From: Clostridiales bacterium
GTDB taxonomy: Bacteria > Acidobacteriota > Aminicenantia > Aminicenantales > UBA8522
NCBI GenBank assembly: GCA_029907205.1
Contig: JARYMI010000016.1
Location: 959 to 64,958 of the forward strand
DNA length: 64,000 bases
Direction: 5' to 3'
This document shows, one piece after another, positions 1-10,019 of the stretch. The first letter of the stretch is position 1; each line of letters starts with the position of its first letter. The notes beneath the pieces were generated by a model, which saw only the letters and a list, made by a program, of their open reading frames with translations, was not told where the DNA came from and did no database searches. A program made the position numbers and the translations under genes.

Positions 1-2
1 TC

Positions 3-221
3 GGGTATTTCGACAACGCTCTGGCCAAAATTTTTTCTCTGGCTTTGTTAAGAGAAGCGAAAGTCATCGCTTATACCTATTACCCAAAAAGACAGACCAA
101 CCTTTATGCCTCTACCCTCGGCAGTACGGCGCTATTCGATGAAAAACACATCGAAGATTTGCTCCCCACCCTGAAGAGCGGTTTCTACTATCTCTGGCTG
201 CCCCAATTCGCCAGCGATTGA
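3..221 (+). CDS. 3' fragment of a gene running off the window edge, unknown product. Its stop codon abuts the first repeat end.
   Basis: Frame 3 is open from the window start to TGA at 219-221 (72 codons). No recognisable motif. Confidence 0.3.
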   Translation, partial: GYFDNALAKIFSLALLREAKVIAYTYYPKRQTNLYASTLGSTALFDEKHIEDLLPTLKSGFYYLWLPQFASD

Positions 222-248
222 AAATTGGGGACAGCATACGTAACCACC
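221..248 (+). repeat. TIR-like repeat end, left orientation (aaaattggggacagcatacgtaaccacc)
   Basis: Matches the consensus shared with 9025-9050, 18418-18446, 22321-22351 and 12998-13024. Its inverted partner is at 2066-2093. Confidence 0.75.
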
Positions 249-482
249 TTAATTTCTCTTATTCTCTTGGCTGGATAACGCCCGCGATATATTAAGAACG
301 TTATATTAAAAAAAGGTCGACGCCCATTTTTCTTGACACGCGAGAAGAGGCAGGGATAGAATTTTCCTCCGAGTGATAAGACGTCGACTGTGCGAGTCTC
401 TTAAGAAAGACGCTAAATCTGTTATCATTTCCCGTACAGTCTCAATCCAATTTCGATATAACTACTCCGGGGAGGGGAAGTT

Positions 483-2030
483 ATGCGAACCCATGCTAAG
501 CATGACCGTTGCTGTAGAGCCGTTTACTGGGTTTTGCTTTTTTTTCTGACTTTAAGCGCGATCGCGTGCGCGAAGGCGGTAGAGGAGAAAAAGCTGAGGA
601 TTGCCGTGGCCACGTTTTCCCACGAAACCTGCACCTTCTGTCCCGACTCCACGACTGTTGAAGATTGGGAGTATTATGGGCCGCCCACGCGCGACATCAT
701 CAAGGCCGACAGCGGCTACATCGGCGGGTTTAGGGCAGCCTGCGAAGAATACGGCGACGTCGATCTCGTCGGGATTCTTTCCCCCCGTGGTTCCCGCGGC
801 GGCTCGTCGGGGAGCTGGATCACCCGGGAAGCTTTCGACAAATACGCCGGCCTCATCGTCGAAGACCTGAAGAAACAGGGTCCTTTTGACGGCGTCTTTC
901 TGGCTCTCCACGGCGCTATGGCCGTCAGTGGCATCCCAAAGCCCGAAGCAGAGCTGGCGCGCCGGGTGAGGGAGGCCGTGGGCAATGTTCCCATCATGAT
1001 CACCTTTGACCTCCATGCGAACGAAGACGAGGAGATCGCTGAAGCGGCTGATGCTGTCTTCATCATCAAGCGATACCCTCACTACGACACGACTCTAACC
1101 GGAGAGACTGCCGCGAGAGTGATGATCCAGACCCTGCGCGGCAGGTACAAGCCTACGATGGCGGTCAGAAAGCCGGGGGTCATCACGCCCAGCGTTTTTC
1201 AGGGCACGGGGACTTCGCCAGCCATGGAGATCATGGAGAGGGCTCGCATCTGGGAATGCGAGCATCCGGGGGCTCATGTCTCGGTCGCCTTCGGTTTTGC
1301 CTATGCGGATGTCCCGGACGCAGGCGCTGCGGTCGTCGTCGTCACCAATAATGACCAAGCTCTGGCCGAAAGGATCGCAGACGACATGTCCGATTACATC
1401 TGGCGGCTCAGGCATATGTTTGCCGGGAAAAAGCTTCCCCAGACGGAAGAGGGAGTAAAGCTGGCTATTACTGCAGCCCAAGAAGGAAAGACACCGGTTA
1501 TTGTCGCTGACCACAGCGACAGGACAGGCGGCTCGACGTATATCCTTGAAGAGCTCATTCGTCAAGGTGCCAGGAATTTCTGCGTCGCCACGCTGCGCGA
1601 TGAGAGGGCTCTCAAAGAAATCAAGGCGCGCTATAAGATGGGAGATCCCGTGTCTATCGCCGTTGGCGGGTGGACGGACAAATTCGCCGGCAAGCCAATA
1701 AAAATTGATGGCAAAATAGAATTCCTTGGCCAACTCGGCCGCGAAACCATAGCCGTCATCCTGTTTGGCGCCAACAACCGCGTCATCCTGACTCCTCAGC
1801 TCATGCAGGTCACTGACACGAGCATATTCGAGGTCCTTGGCCTCGACGCCAAAGCTCTGGATATCATCGTTCTCAAGTCACGCGTCCACTTCCGGAGAGG
1901 CTTTGCCGACACAGGCCTGGCTGGAGCCATCATCGAAGTCGACGCGCCAGGCTGGGGGCCGGCCGACCTAACCGTGCTCCCCTACCAAAACATCCCCAAG
2001 GATATCTACCCTGTTTATAAGAAAGACTGA
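483..2030 (+). CDS. M81-family metallopeptidase, microcystinase MlrC-like (DUF1485 N-terminus), secreted
   Basis: N-terminal signal-like hydrophobic segment. The RIAVATFSHETCTF motif is typical of the MlrC/DUF1485 N-domain. 515 aa. Good RBS (ggagggg) upstream of ATG. Confidence 0.65.
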   Translation: MRTHAKHDRCCRAVYWVLLFFLTLSAIACAKAVEEKKLRIAVATFSHETCTFCPDSTTVEDWEYYGPPTRDIIKADSGYIGGFRAACEEYGDVDLVGILSPRGSRGGSSGSWITREAFDKYAGLIVEDLKKQGPFDGVFLALHGAMAVSGIPKPEAELARRVREAVGNVPIMITFDLHANEDEEIAEAADAVFIIKRYPHYDTTLTGETAARVMIQTLRGRYKPTMAVRKPGVITPSVFQGTGTSPAMEIMERARIWECEHPGAHVSVAFGFAYADVPDAGAAVVVVTNNDQALAERIADDMSDYIWRLRHMFAGKKLPQTEEGVKLAITAAQEGKTPVIVADHSDRTGGSTYILEELIRQGARNFCVATLRDERALKEIKARYKMGDPVSIAVGGWTDKFAGKPIKIDGKIEFLGQLGRETIAVILFGANNRVILTPQLMQVTDTSIFEVLGLDAKALDIIVLKSRVHFRRGFADTGLAGAIIEVDAPGWGPADLTVLPYQNIPKDIYPVYKKD

Positions 2031-2065
2031 CCGTGCCCGCTCTTCGGTAATAAAATGGAGTTTAG

Positions 2066-2093
2066 TGCATTACGTATGGCGTCCCCATTTTAA
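2066..2093 (-). repeat. TIR-like repeat end, right orientation (reverse complement taaaatggggacgccatacgtaatgcac)
   Basis: Inverted copy of the 221-248 repeat. It contains the outward ATG at 2076 followed by GCGTCCCCA and then a stop, a vestigial version of the MASPIL start seen at 22468. Confidence 0.7.
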
Positions 2094-2105
2094 AGAGGAG
2101 GAAGG

Positions 2106-3650
2106 ATGAAACAAGTGCAAAAGAAAAGAAACAGAGGTTTTTGGGCTCTTGTTTTTTTGCTCGTATTGACGCTCCTTCTGCCGTCATTGAGTGCGGTTGA
2201 GAAGGCCAAAAAAATTGAAAAAGAAAAGAAATTTGTCCTCGACTGGCTGAGCCAGCCGGAGACGGTAGAAAAATTCGGGCAAATCTCAGACGCCATCTGG
2301 TCCTACGCCGAGCTCGGCCTCCAGGAATTCCGGTCCTCCAAGCTTCTGGCTGACACGCTCGAGCAGGCCGGCTTCAAGGTAGAGCGTGGACTGGCTGGAA
2401 TGCCCACGTGCTTCGTGGCTTCCTACGGCTCTGAGAAGCCTGTCATCGGCATCCTGGGTGAATTCGATGCTCTGCCCATGCTCTCCCAGAAAGGCCGGGT
2501 CCCGCGCCAGGACCCGCTCGTGGATGGCGCTCCCGGGCACGGCTGCGGACATAACGCGATGGGTACCGCCGCGGCTGCGGCCGCCATCGCCGTTAAGGAA
2601 ACGATCGAGAAATTCGGGCTCAAGGGAACGGTCAAGATGTTCGGCTCTCCGGCCGAGGAGACGCTCATCAGCCGTCCCTTCATGGTCAGGGCAGGTCTTT
2701 TTAACGACGTCGATGTCGTCATCGACAACCACAGCAGCAGCGATTTCGGGACGGATTACGGCGTCAGCGGGAACGCCCTTTTTTCCGCAATTTTCACCTT
2801 CAAGGGCAAGACTTCCCACGGCGCATCAGCCTGGGCTGGAAGGAGCGCCCTCGACGCAGTGGAAATCATGAATATTTCGACCAACTATCTCAGGGAACAT
2901 CTTAACCTCGCCCACCGCCTCCACTATGTCATCATCGAGGGCGGCGAAGCGCCCAACGTCGTCCCGGACAGAGCCAGCGTCTGGTATTACGTGCGGAACA
3001 GCGACGATCGCGTCGAGGAAACGTACGAGAAGGTCCTCAACTGCGCCAAGGCGGCAGCCCTGGCAACGGGGACGGAACTTCAAAAAATCAGGGTTCTGAG
3101 CGCCGTCCATCAGCGTCATGCCAACAAGGCGCTGGCCGAGCTCTTCCAGAAGAATATCGACCTCGTGGGAATGCCAGGGTGGACCGAGGAAGAGCATGCT
3201 TTTGCCAAGACCCTGCAAAAAGAGCTCGGTGAAGAAGAAAAAGGGATGCCCACAGACCTCAGGCCGCTCCGCGAGCCCTGGCCTGTATCCATAGGCGGAG
3301 GCTCCTCGGATGTGGGCGATGTCTCTCTCGTTGCGCCTTTAGCCACAATCAGGTTCCCTGGCCAGGTGCCCGGCGGTATCGGCCATCACTGGTCTTCTGT
3401 GGCTTCGAACTTCGGCTCGACAGCCTGGAAGGGGCTCAACGCGGGGGCCAAGGCCATGGCTGCTTCGGCCGTCGACCTCTTGACAAAGCCCAAGGAGCTC
3501 AAGAGAATTCGGGATGAGTTTGAAGCTTATGCGAAAGAGCATCCCTACAAACCTTTCCTGCCGGCCGATGCCCAGCCGCCGCTCGACCTGAACGAAGAGC
3601 TGATGAAGAAATGGCGCCCGATGCTCGAGCAAATCTTTAATAAAGATTAA
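2106..3650 (+). CDS. M20-family amidohydrolase/peptidase (AbgB-like, M20D), secreted
   Basis: Signal peptide. GHGCGHN and a long Ala-run metal-binding region typical of M20D amidohydrolases. Strong RBS aagaggagg upstream. 514 aa. Confidence 0.7.
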   Translation: MKQVQKKRNRGFWALVFLLVLTLLLPSLSAVEKAKKIEKEKKFVLDWLSQPETVEKFGQISDAIWSYAELGLQEFRSSKLLADTLEQAGFKVERGLAGMPTCFVASYGSEKPVIGILGEFDALPMLSQKGRVPRQDPLVDGAPGHGCGHNAMGTAAAAAAIAVKETIEKFGLKGTVKMFGSPAEETLISRPFMVRAGLFNDVDVVIDNHSSSDFGTDYGVSGNALFSAIFTFKGKTSHGASAWAGRSALDAVEIMNISTNYLREHLNLAHRLHYVIIEGGEAPNVVPDRASVWYYVRNSDDRVEETYEKVLNCAKAAALATGTELQKIRVLSAVHQRHANKALAELFQKNIDLVGMPGWTEEEHAFAKTLQKELGEEEKGMPTDLRPLREPWPVSIGGGSSDVGDVSLVAPLATIRFPGQVPGGIGHHWSSVASNFGSTAWKGLNAGAKAMAASAVDLLTKPKELKRIRDEFEAYAKEHPYKPFLPADAQPPLDLNEELMKKWRPMLEQIFNKD

Positions 3651-3788
3651 GCTCCCGACAGCGGCACTTTTCCGCCAGTGCGGCAGCACGATCTTCTCAT
3701 GACCAAGAATGTATGAAAATTTTTTGCCACGGACTTCAAAATTATATGTGACTGAAGATGCGATTTCTAATACAGTTCTTATGTTGGC

Positions 3789-5168
3789 TCAGAATCGAAG
3801 GATGAGTTTTGTCGTCGTGAAAAAGATCAAAAGACCGGTGATATCGACGATTGTGGTCAGCGCGGGGCTGGCCACTACAGCGGGGTCAAACTTGAGCCTG
3901 GCTGCGGCCAGCGGCAAGACGGCTCCTATCAGGGTAGAGCTTATCACTTGAAGAGCGAGCGCAATGCTTACGGCTAGGGCCACTGTCCAGAGCGAAATGG
4001 CCCCCGGCATGGCGGATTTCCCGCTGAAGATAAGAACCCGGCTGAAGGCGACCGCTGCCAGCAAAAGGCCGAGCAGAAGGGAAACCTGAATCTCTTTGAA
4101 AACGACTCTTAGAGCATCTTTCCCGGAAACTTCTTTCAGAGCCAGGGCGCGGACAACGAGAGTGGCTGACTGGCTTCCCGTGTTACCGCCCGTATCGGCG
4201 AGCATGGGCATGAACGTGGCCAGAATAGCGAACTGAAGGAGCAGCCCTTCAAAGCTCTGAACGATGTAGCCCGAGACAAACCCGAGCAGAGCCAAAGCTA
4301 AGATCCACAGCGATCTGTTTCTGAAATGATCCCAGGCTGAAGTTCTCAGGTAAGCTCGGGCTTCGTGGCGCCCGGCGATGGCCATGAACTTCTCCATGTC
4401 CTCGGTGTGCTCCTGGGTGACGATGTCGAAAGCATCATCATGGGTGATAATCCCGACGAGCGTTCTTTGACTGTTGACAACGGGCAAGGCGATGAGATCG
4501 TATTTCTGGATTTTCCGCGCTGCTTCTTCCTGGTCATCCGTCACCCAGGCAAAGGCAACATCCTTATTCATGATGTCGCGGATGCGAGCTTCGGGCCGCG
4601 CCAGAATGAGGTCTTTCAGAGAAATAAACCCGAGCAGTTCACGCTTCTGGTCTATCACATAGGCATAGTAGATTGTTTCCTTGTCCGGCGCCTCGAGACG
4701 CAGTTTCGCGATGGCATCGCCAGCCGTTAATTCTGGCGTGAGAGTCGCGTACTCTGAAGTCATGACAGCTCCGGCCGTGCCCTCCGGATAGGAAGCAAGC
4801 CTTCTTATGTCTTCTCTTTCCGCTTGAGCCAGGGCCGGAAGGATCGTCTCCTGTTTTTCTTTGGGCATATTCTTGAACAAATCAACCCTGTCGTCTGATG
4901 ACATGTCTGCAAACAGCCGGGCTAAGTCGTCGCGCTTCATAACCTCGGTCATGTCGACCTGAATATCTCTCTCCAGATGGCTGAAAATTTCAGATTGCAG
5001 AGGGTGTGGAGCTTGGCGCAAAACTTCCCAGGCTTCTCGGGGAGTCAGCGCCGAAATAAAATCGGCGATGACGCTGGGATGCCCCGACTGACAGAAAAGG
5101 CGCAGCTCCTCAGTATTCCCTGTGGCAATGGCTTCTCGCAGTTCCGGGACGAGGAGGGATATTTTCAC
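3789..5168 (-). CDS. mgtE: Magnesium transporter MgtE
   Basis: N-terminal MgtE_N region, tandem CBS-like region and a 5-TM C-terminal domain with the GNTGSQSATL-type motif. 459 aa. Confidence 0.85.
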   Translation of the reverse strand: MKISLLVPELREAIATGNTEELRLFCQSGHPSVIADFISALTPREAWEVLRQAPHPLQSEIFSHLERDIQVDMTEVMKRDDLARLFADMSSDDRVDLFKNMPKEKQETILPALAQAEREDIRRLASYPEGTAGAVMTSEYATLTPELTAGDAIAKLRLEAPDKETIYYAYVIDQKRELLGFISLKDLILARPEARIRDIMNKDVAFAWVTDDQEEAARKIQKYDLIALPVVNSQRTLVGIITHDDAFDIVTQEHTEDMEKFMAIAGRHEARAYLRTSAWDHFRNRSLWILALALLGFVSGYIVQSFEGLLLQFAILATFMPMLADTGGNTGSQSATLVVRALALKEVSGKDALRVVFKEIQVSLLLGLLLAAVAFSRVLIFSGKSAMPGAISLWTVALAVSIALALQVISSTLIGAVLPLAAARLKFDPAVVASPALTTIVDITGLLIFFTTTKLILRF

Positions 5169-5661
5169 GGCTCACCTCCCTTGGACTGCTCCGGGCTCGC
5201 AGCCGGGAGTGAACCGAAAGGTCAAGCGGCCTGAAAGTTATACCGGTTCACGCCGCTGGCTGCTGCGCACAGCCGTTGCAGCCCGCCTGGTCTTATCCAC
5301 AGCATCAAAAGCCGCCGCTCAGGCGATTTGAAGCACCATGGACTATCAGAATCACTCATGATCGCTCATCCGTTAGCATGAGTTTCTTATACATCTTGTC
5401 CTTTGTTCCGTCAAGAGAAAAAGCCGAGAAAAAGTTGACTGCGGGGCACAATTCTTACCATAGGTCAAGAGCCGACGGTCTCTCACCTGATCGCTGAGCC
5501 AGCTCAGCAGAAGATGAACTTGTCGGATTCTGGTAGAGCTATTTGGCCTAATTGACATTAACCCTCAGCGACACGGAAAAGATGACTTGCTTCGGCTGTC
5601 CATCAACTTTGACAGGAGCTTGATTTGAAGGCAATCTTGATTAAAAATAGATAACGAAAAA

Positions 5662-6606
5662 GTGCTTTCAGGTCCAGAGAGGAGATCAGCCATGCTGAGA
5701 AGATACGAGATTATCAACAACAAGATCGAGGAGACCGCGAACGACAAGAGCCCGATCATGATGTTCATCAACCCCGACGACAAGGAGAAACGTCAGCTCA
5801 TCGATCAATACGGGGTAGACGAGCACACGCTCGCTTCTGCCCTTGACCCTGATGAGCTCGCCCGGCTCGAATGCGAACCCAATCATATCGCTCTCGTCTT
5901 CAAACGCCCCAAGAATTATTCCGGGAAAGACCAACTTCTTTTCAAAGCCTCAACCCTGGGCATTTTTTTCTTTGGCGATTTTCTGATCATCGTCATGGGC
6001 GAAGACACGAATCTTTTCGAAGGAAAGCCCTTCGTCAAGGTGGGTTCGCCCCGCGAGGTCCTGCTCAAGCTCATCTACCGGTCGATCTTCCATTTTCTCG
6101 AGCACCTCAAGGTCATCAACATGATCTCGGACGAAGTGGAACAGAAGATCAACCGGGCCATGGAAAACCGCTTCCTGATCAACCTGTTCACTCTGCAGAA
6201 GAGCCTTGTTTACTACCAGAACGCCATCCATGCCAACGGCGTGCTCATCGAGAAGATCCGGCACAACTCTTCGAGGATCGGGTTCACGACCGAGGAGATT
6301 GAACTTCTCGAAGACATCCTCATCGAGAACAGCCAGTGCTATCGCCAGGCGGAGGTCTATTCCAACATCCTGGCCAGCTTGATGGACGCCCGGGCTTCGA
6401 TCGTCAGCAACAACATCAACGTCCTGGTCAAAACCCTGAACATCATCACAATCGCTATCATGGTGCCGACTCTCGTCGTCTCGGCTTTCTCGATGAACGT
6501 CCGGATCCCGCTGTCAGAGCTTTACTCGGCCTTCTGGATCATCTTGGGGATGGGAGGGTTGGCGATGGTCGGGTTTCTCCTCTTCTGGAAACTCCGCAAG
6601 TGGTGA
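5662..6606 (+). CDS. CorA-family divalent cation transporter (variant FSMN instead of YGMN motif)
   Basis: Long cytosolic N-domain plus two C-terminal TM helices with an SMNV motif between them where canonical CorA has GMN. 314 aa. Confidence 0.6.
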   Translation: MLSGPERRSAMLRRYEIINNKIEETANDKSPIMMFINPDDKEKRQLIDQYGVDEHTLASALDPDELARLECEPNHIALVFKRPKNYSGKDQLLFKASTLGIFFFGDFLIIVMGEDTNLFEGKPFVKVGSPREVLLKLIYRSIFHFLEHLKVINMISDEVEQKINRAMENRFLINLFTLQKSLVYYQNAIHANGVLIEKIRHNSSRIGFTTEEIELLEDILIENSQCYRQAEVYSNILASLMDARASIVSNNINVLVKTLNIITIAIMVPTLVVSAFSMNVRIPLSELYSAFWIILGMGGLAMVGFLLFWKLRKW

Positions 6607-6637
6607 TGCCGGTGGGGCTCAAGTTCCTCCCTAAAAA

Positions 6638-7138
6638 ATGCCGCTTTTAATGAAATGGCTCTTGCTTTTGTCATGCCTGGCGATCCTCTCCCTGGCCCTG
6701 AATTTTTTGAGCTACCGCCTGCTCAAGAAACGGATCCTAAAGAAACGGAAGTGGGATCTCAACATCTGTTGCGGCAAGACGGATGGCGGAGGCATTAACG
6801 CGGATATTATCCATCACACGAAGTTACCCCGTTTTGTTCTGATCGACTCTATCTATTCTTTGCCTTTTAAGGACCATCAGTTCGAGACCGTTCTCTGTTC
6901 GCACACTCTTGAGCACGTGGAAGATCCAGTCGGCTTTTACAAGGAACTGACCCGGGTTGGGAAGCAGATCACGATCGTTCTTCCGCCCCTTTGGGACTTT
7001 GCCGGGGTTCTTAATGTTTTCGAGCATCGCTGGATTTTTTTGACCCTTAAAAAAGTGCACACCCGTCTCCCAGCCCATGTCCGCCTGCCCCTCTCCAGAA
7101 CCGTCCAGCGCATCTTGAGACAGCGGATTCGCGCCTAA
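6638..7138 (+). CDS. Class I SAM-dependent methyltransferase domain protein (Methyltransf_11-like) with N-terminal TM segment
   Basis: NICCGKTDGGGINADI (SAM-binding glycine loop) and LEHVEDP motif. 166 aa. Confidence 0.45.
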   Translation: MPLLMKWLLLLSCLAILSLALNFLSYRLLKKRILKKRKWDLNICCGKTDGGGINADIIHHTKLPRFVLIDSIYSLPFKDHQFETVLCSHTLEHVEDPVGFYKELTRVGKQITIVLPPLWDFAGVLNVFEHRWIFLTLKKVHTRLPAHVRLPLSRTVQRILRQRIRA

Positions 7139-7250
7139 TCTAACCTGACGGGCTTGACTGCCCAAAGATTGGCCATCCCTAACCAGGGCATAACCGCCGT
7201 GCGGGCCGTGACCAAGAAGAAATGAAAGTGAAGGCATACAGGAAAGTTCT

Positions 7251-8375
7251 TTAACGGGAAGAGCGGAAGGCCAACCGTTCATATTCTTCAATAACGACCC
7301 GGTTCGCTGTCTCCCAATCTCTGCCTTTAATTTTCTGAAGTCCCGTGTTTTTTGTCCGGTTATAGAGCGTCTCGTCCGTCAATAGCCTCTGGCACTCATG
7401 AAAAAATGAAAAGCTATTCCTAGACTGGGCAACAAGGCCACCGCCCGTTTGGTTGATGATTTCTTGACATCCTCCCTGGTCCGAGACAACCGCTGGCACA
7501 CCAGAAGCGATGGCTTCCTGGATGACATTGCCAAAAGTCTCCGTGGTCGAAGGAAAGAGGAGGATATCTGCGCTGGCATAAGCGACCGAAAGATCCTCGC
7601 CAGTGAGATAGCCGGGGAAAACAGCGTCGGGCATGCGTTTTTTCAGCTCCTCTTCAAGGGGACCTCGGCCCAAGAGGACAAACACCGGCGAAGGGTTCGT
7701 TCCCTTTTTGAACAGATCGTAGACCTGAATAAAAACCTGGAGCCCTTTAAACCAGGCAAACCGGCCGCTGTAGAGGATAACTTTTTTTCTCTTGGCTCCC
7801 CACCTTCGGCGAAGGGATTCGCTGCGGAAAGATGGACTGAAGCGTCCTTCCGACAGCCCGCGTGACCATATGAGAGCCGCTTGAATGCCGTGTCTGGCCA
7901 GCTTGGAGGCGCTGTCCTTGCTGGGCACCAGCAGACTGTCAGCGCTGTTATAGAACCAGCGGAGAATCGGCCACCACGGCCGGCTCAAGTACCAGATGTT
8001 CTGTTCTTCAAGATAAGAGGTAAAATCAGTGTGATAGGAAATGACCAAGGGGATACGCTTGAGCTTGGCGTAACCTGATAGGCAAGTCCCGACGGCGTCG
8101 GGCACGGTCAGGTGAATCAGGTCAGGCTTGAATATCCTGATTTGCCGGAACAGGCTTGGTCCGGGGAGGGCAAATTTGTAGTCTGGATAGAAAGGAAGGG
8201 AGACAGCAGGAACTCTAAACACCAAGACTCCGGGCAACGTTGACGGTTGCCTGGAAAAAGACCAGACCGCAACTTCGTCCCGGCGTTTACGCAGAGACCG
8301 AATCAACTCGAATAACGTTTTTGTGGCGCCATCGAAGTCCTGAACAAAAAGACCCGCGTAGATTGCAACTCTCAT
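7251..8375 (-). CDS. Glycosyltransferase family 4 (group 1 GT)
   Basis: GT-B fold signature in the C-terminal half (FPSTTETFGNVIQEAIASGVPAV, an E-x7-E-like region). 374 aa. Confidence 0.7.
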   Translation of the reverse strand: MRVAIYAGLFVQDFDGATKTLFELIRSLRKRRDEVAVWSFSRQPSTLPGVLVFRVPAVSLPFYPDYKFALPGPSLFRQIRIFKPDLIHLTVPDAVGTCLSGYAKLKRIPLVISYHTDFTSYLEEQNIWYLSRPWWPILRWFYNSADSLLVPSKDSASKLARHGIQAALIWSRGLSEGRFSPSFRSESLRRRWGAKRKKVILYSGRFAWFKGLQVFIQVYDLFKKGTNPSPVFVLLGRGPLEEELKKRMPDAVFPGYLTGEDLSVAYASADILLFPSTTETFGNVIQEAIASGVPAVVSDQGGCQEIINQTGGGLVAQSRNSFSFFHECQRLLTDETLYNRTKNTGLQKIKGRDWETANRVVIEEYERLAFRSSR

Positions 8376-8467
8376 CCTTTTGCTGAATAAAGAATAAGAA
8401 ATGAGCCGATGGATGTCAAGAGAATTGTGGCGAATCTAACGGATCTAAAAGGTCCCGAACTGCCGTT

Positions 8468-8875
8468 TCAGGTTGCGAGCTTTGCCTCGATGGTAAAATC
8501 GGGCGGCCTCAGGATGTGGGCTTTCACTGTGCACTGATCCACAGCCCGAATGATGGCATTCCTGTATTTATTGGGAAACTCCGGCGGAAGCAGAAGCTCG
8601 ATCGAAATTTTGTCGATCATCTTGGTCTCGGCGTTCTTTTCTGTCCTCAAAACAACGGTCGCTTCATCAATGGGAATTCCCCTTTCCCGGCAGAAAGCGA
8701 GGACATAGTAGCCAGCGCAAGTGGCGATGGAAGCCAGAAAGAGGTCGAACGGCGCCGGTGCCGTCTCTTCGCCGCCCTGGTAGATGGGCTGGTCAGTCTT
8801 GATAACAAATCCTTTGCATTCTGCGTCAACCTTCAGGCCTCCTGGGAAAGAAACCTTGATCTCTCTATCGCTCAT
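8468..8875 (-). CDS. OsmC/Ohr family peroxiredoxin-like protein
   Basis: 135 aa. Conserved Cys pair spaced as in OsmC (ATCAGYY ... C). Typical length and pattern. Confidence 0.65.
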   Translation of the reverse strand: MSDREIKVSFPGGLKVDAECKGFVIKTDQPIYQGGEETAPAPFDLFLASIATCAGYYVLAFCRERGIPIDEATVVLRTEKNAETKMIDKISIELLLPPEFPNKYRNAIIRAVDQCTVKAHILRPPDFTIEAKLAT

Positions 8876-8995
8876 TCGTTACTCCTTGATAAGGGTCTTC
8901 TCATACAAAACAAATTCGCCCTCTTAACCTACTAACTCTATCGAAATAGTATAAATTTTTCAACCTCAAATAGAGCAAATCAGGGAAAGCTTATC

Positions 8996-9050
8996 AATAA
9001 TAATTGGGTAATAATTGGGGTAATAATTGGGGACAGCTTACATAATTACC
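8996..9050 (+). repeat. Tandem 11-bp microrepeat (gtaataattgg x3) merging into a TIR-like repeat end (left orientation)
   Basis: taattgggtaataattggggtaataattggggacagcttacataattacc. The last 26 bp match the repeat-end consensus. Confidence 0.75.
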
Positions 9051-9160
9051 CTATTTTTTTCAAACGCCGTTTCTTTGTATTATAATTCTCTCTTTCCTGA
9101 TAAAGGAAAAAAATGGAACCCGCAGCCTGTCGAAGAAAGCGTGCCGGGAGGGAGAAATCA

Positions 9161-9700
9161 ATGGCCAGGGCAAACGACTTAGAAGAAATGTTCCGCAAAC
9201 ACGGCTTCACCGATTTCCGCTGGCTTGACCCAAACGAGATCGTGGTCGCGCAGTGGGCCCGGATGAAGTGCCTTTATGGGTGCAACGAGTACGGAAAGAC
9301 AGCTTCCTGCCCGCCCAACGTCCCTTCTGTCGCAGAGTGCGAACGCTTTTTCCGGGAATACCGTCGAGCTGTCGTGTTCCATTTCGAAAAGAAAGTCGCC
9401 AAGCCGGAGGACCGGTTCGCCTGGACGCGAAAAACAAACCTCAAGCTCCTCAAGCTCGAGCAGGAGGTTTTCATATCGGGGTATGAAAAGGCCTTCCTTC
9501 TTTTCATGGATAGCTGCAACATCTGCGCCGAGTGCACCGGGAAGCGCGAGACCTGCAAGCAGCCGAAAATGGCTCGGCCGACGCCCGAGGCCATGGCCGT
9601 CGATGTCTTCGCGACGATTAAACAGATCGGCTATCCGATCGAGGTCCTTTCGAGCTATGAGCAGCCGATGAACCGCTATGCCTTCCTGCTTATAGAATAG
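9161..9700 (+). CDS. DUF2284-like predicted metal-binding protein (Cys-rich)
   Basis: CLYGCNEYGKTASCPP plus a second CxxC cluster. Start moved to the ATG at 9161, which has a gggaggga RBS. About 179 aa. Confidence 0.45.
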   Translation: MARANDLEEMFRKHGFTDFRWLDPNEIVVAQWARMKCLYGCNEYGKTASCPPNVPSVAECERFFREYRRAVVFHFEKKVAKPEDRFAWTRKTNLKLLKLEQEVFISGYEKAFLLFMDSCNICAECTGKRETCKQPKMARPTPEAMAVDVFATIKQIGYPIEVLSSYEQPMNRYAFLLIE

Positions 9701-9888
9701 GCAACGCCGGTCACGCCGGTTCTCCTCCTTGGCAATGAGAATGTCCGTGACCCCGGTATTTATCTCCTCCTAGACTTCGCCCCGGGGCGAGAAATAGACC
9801 ATGTCCATCTCATCGCCAGCTCCGAAACGCCCGAAGCTCTTATCATCCTAAAAATAAAAAAGTAAGAAAACCGGCTGCCGCAGATTAA

Positions 9889-9931
9889 GTGAATTACGTA
9901 TGCTGTCCCCCTGAATGCTGAATGCTGAATG
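9889..9931 (-). repeat. TIR-like repeat end (right orientation) followed by tandem 7-bp repeat (ctgaatg x3)
   Basis: gtgaattacgtatgctgtcccc is the reverse complement of the consensus left end. It pairs with 9025-9050 to bracket the DUF2284 gene. Confidence 0.75.
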
Positions 9932-10019
9932 TCTCTTGACACTCCGGATAAAAATAGGCTAAGGTTGGGTGCGATCTTCAGCGGCGGGTTGCTCTCGTCC
10001 CCCAAGAAGGAGGACTGCA

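Noticed and set aside
552-1733. Long antisense ORFs (176, 117 and 212 aa) overlapping the MlrC-like gene. Similar ones occur over many other genes, for example 16600-17373 and 26265-27440.
   Set aside because: These are typical stop-codon-poor antisense frames of GC-rich coding DNA. They have no RBS, no motifs and overlap well-supported genes.
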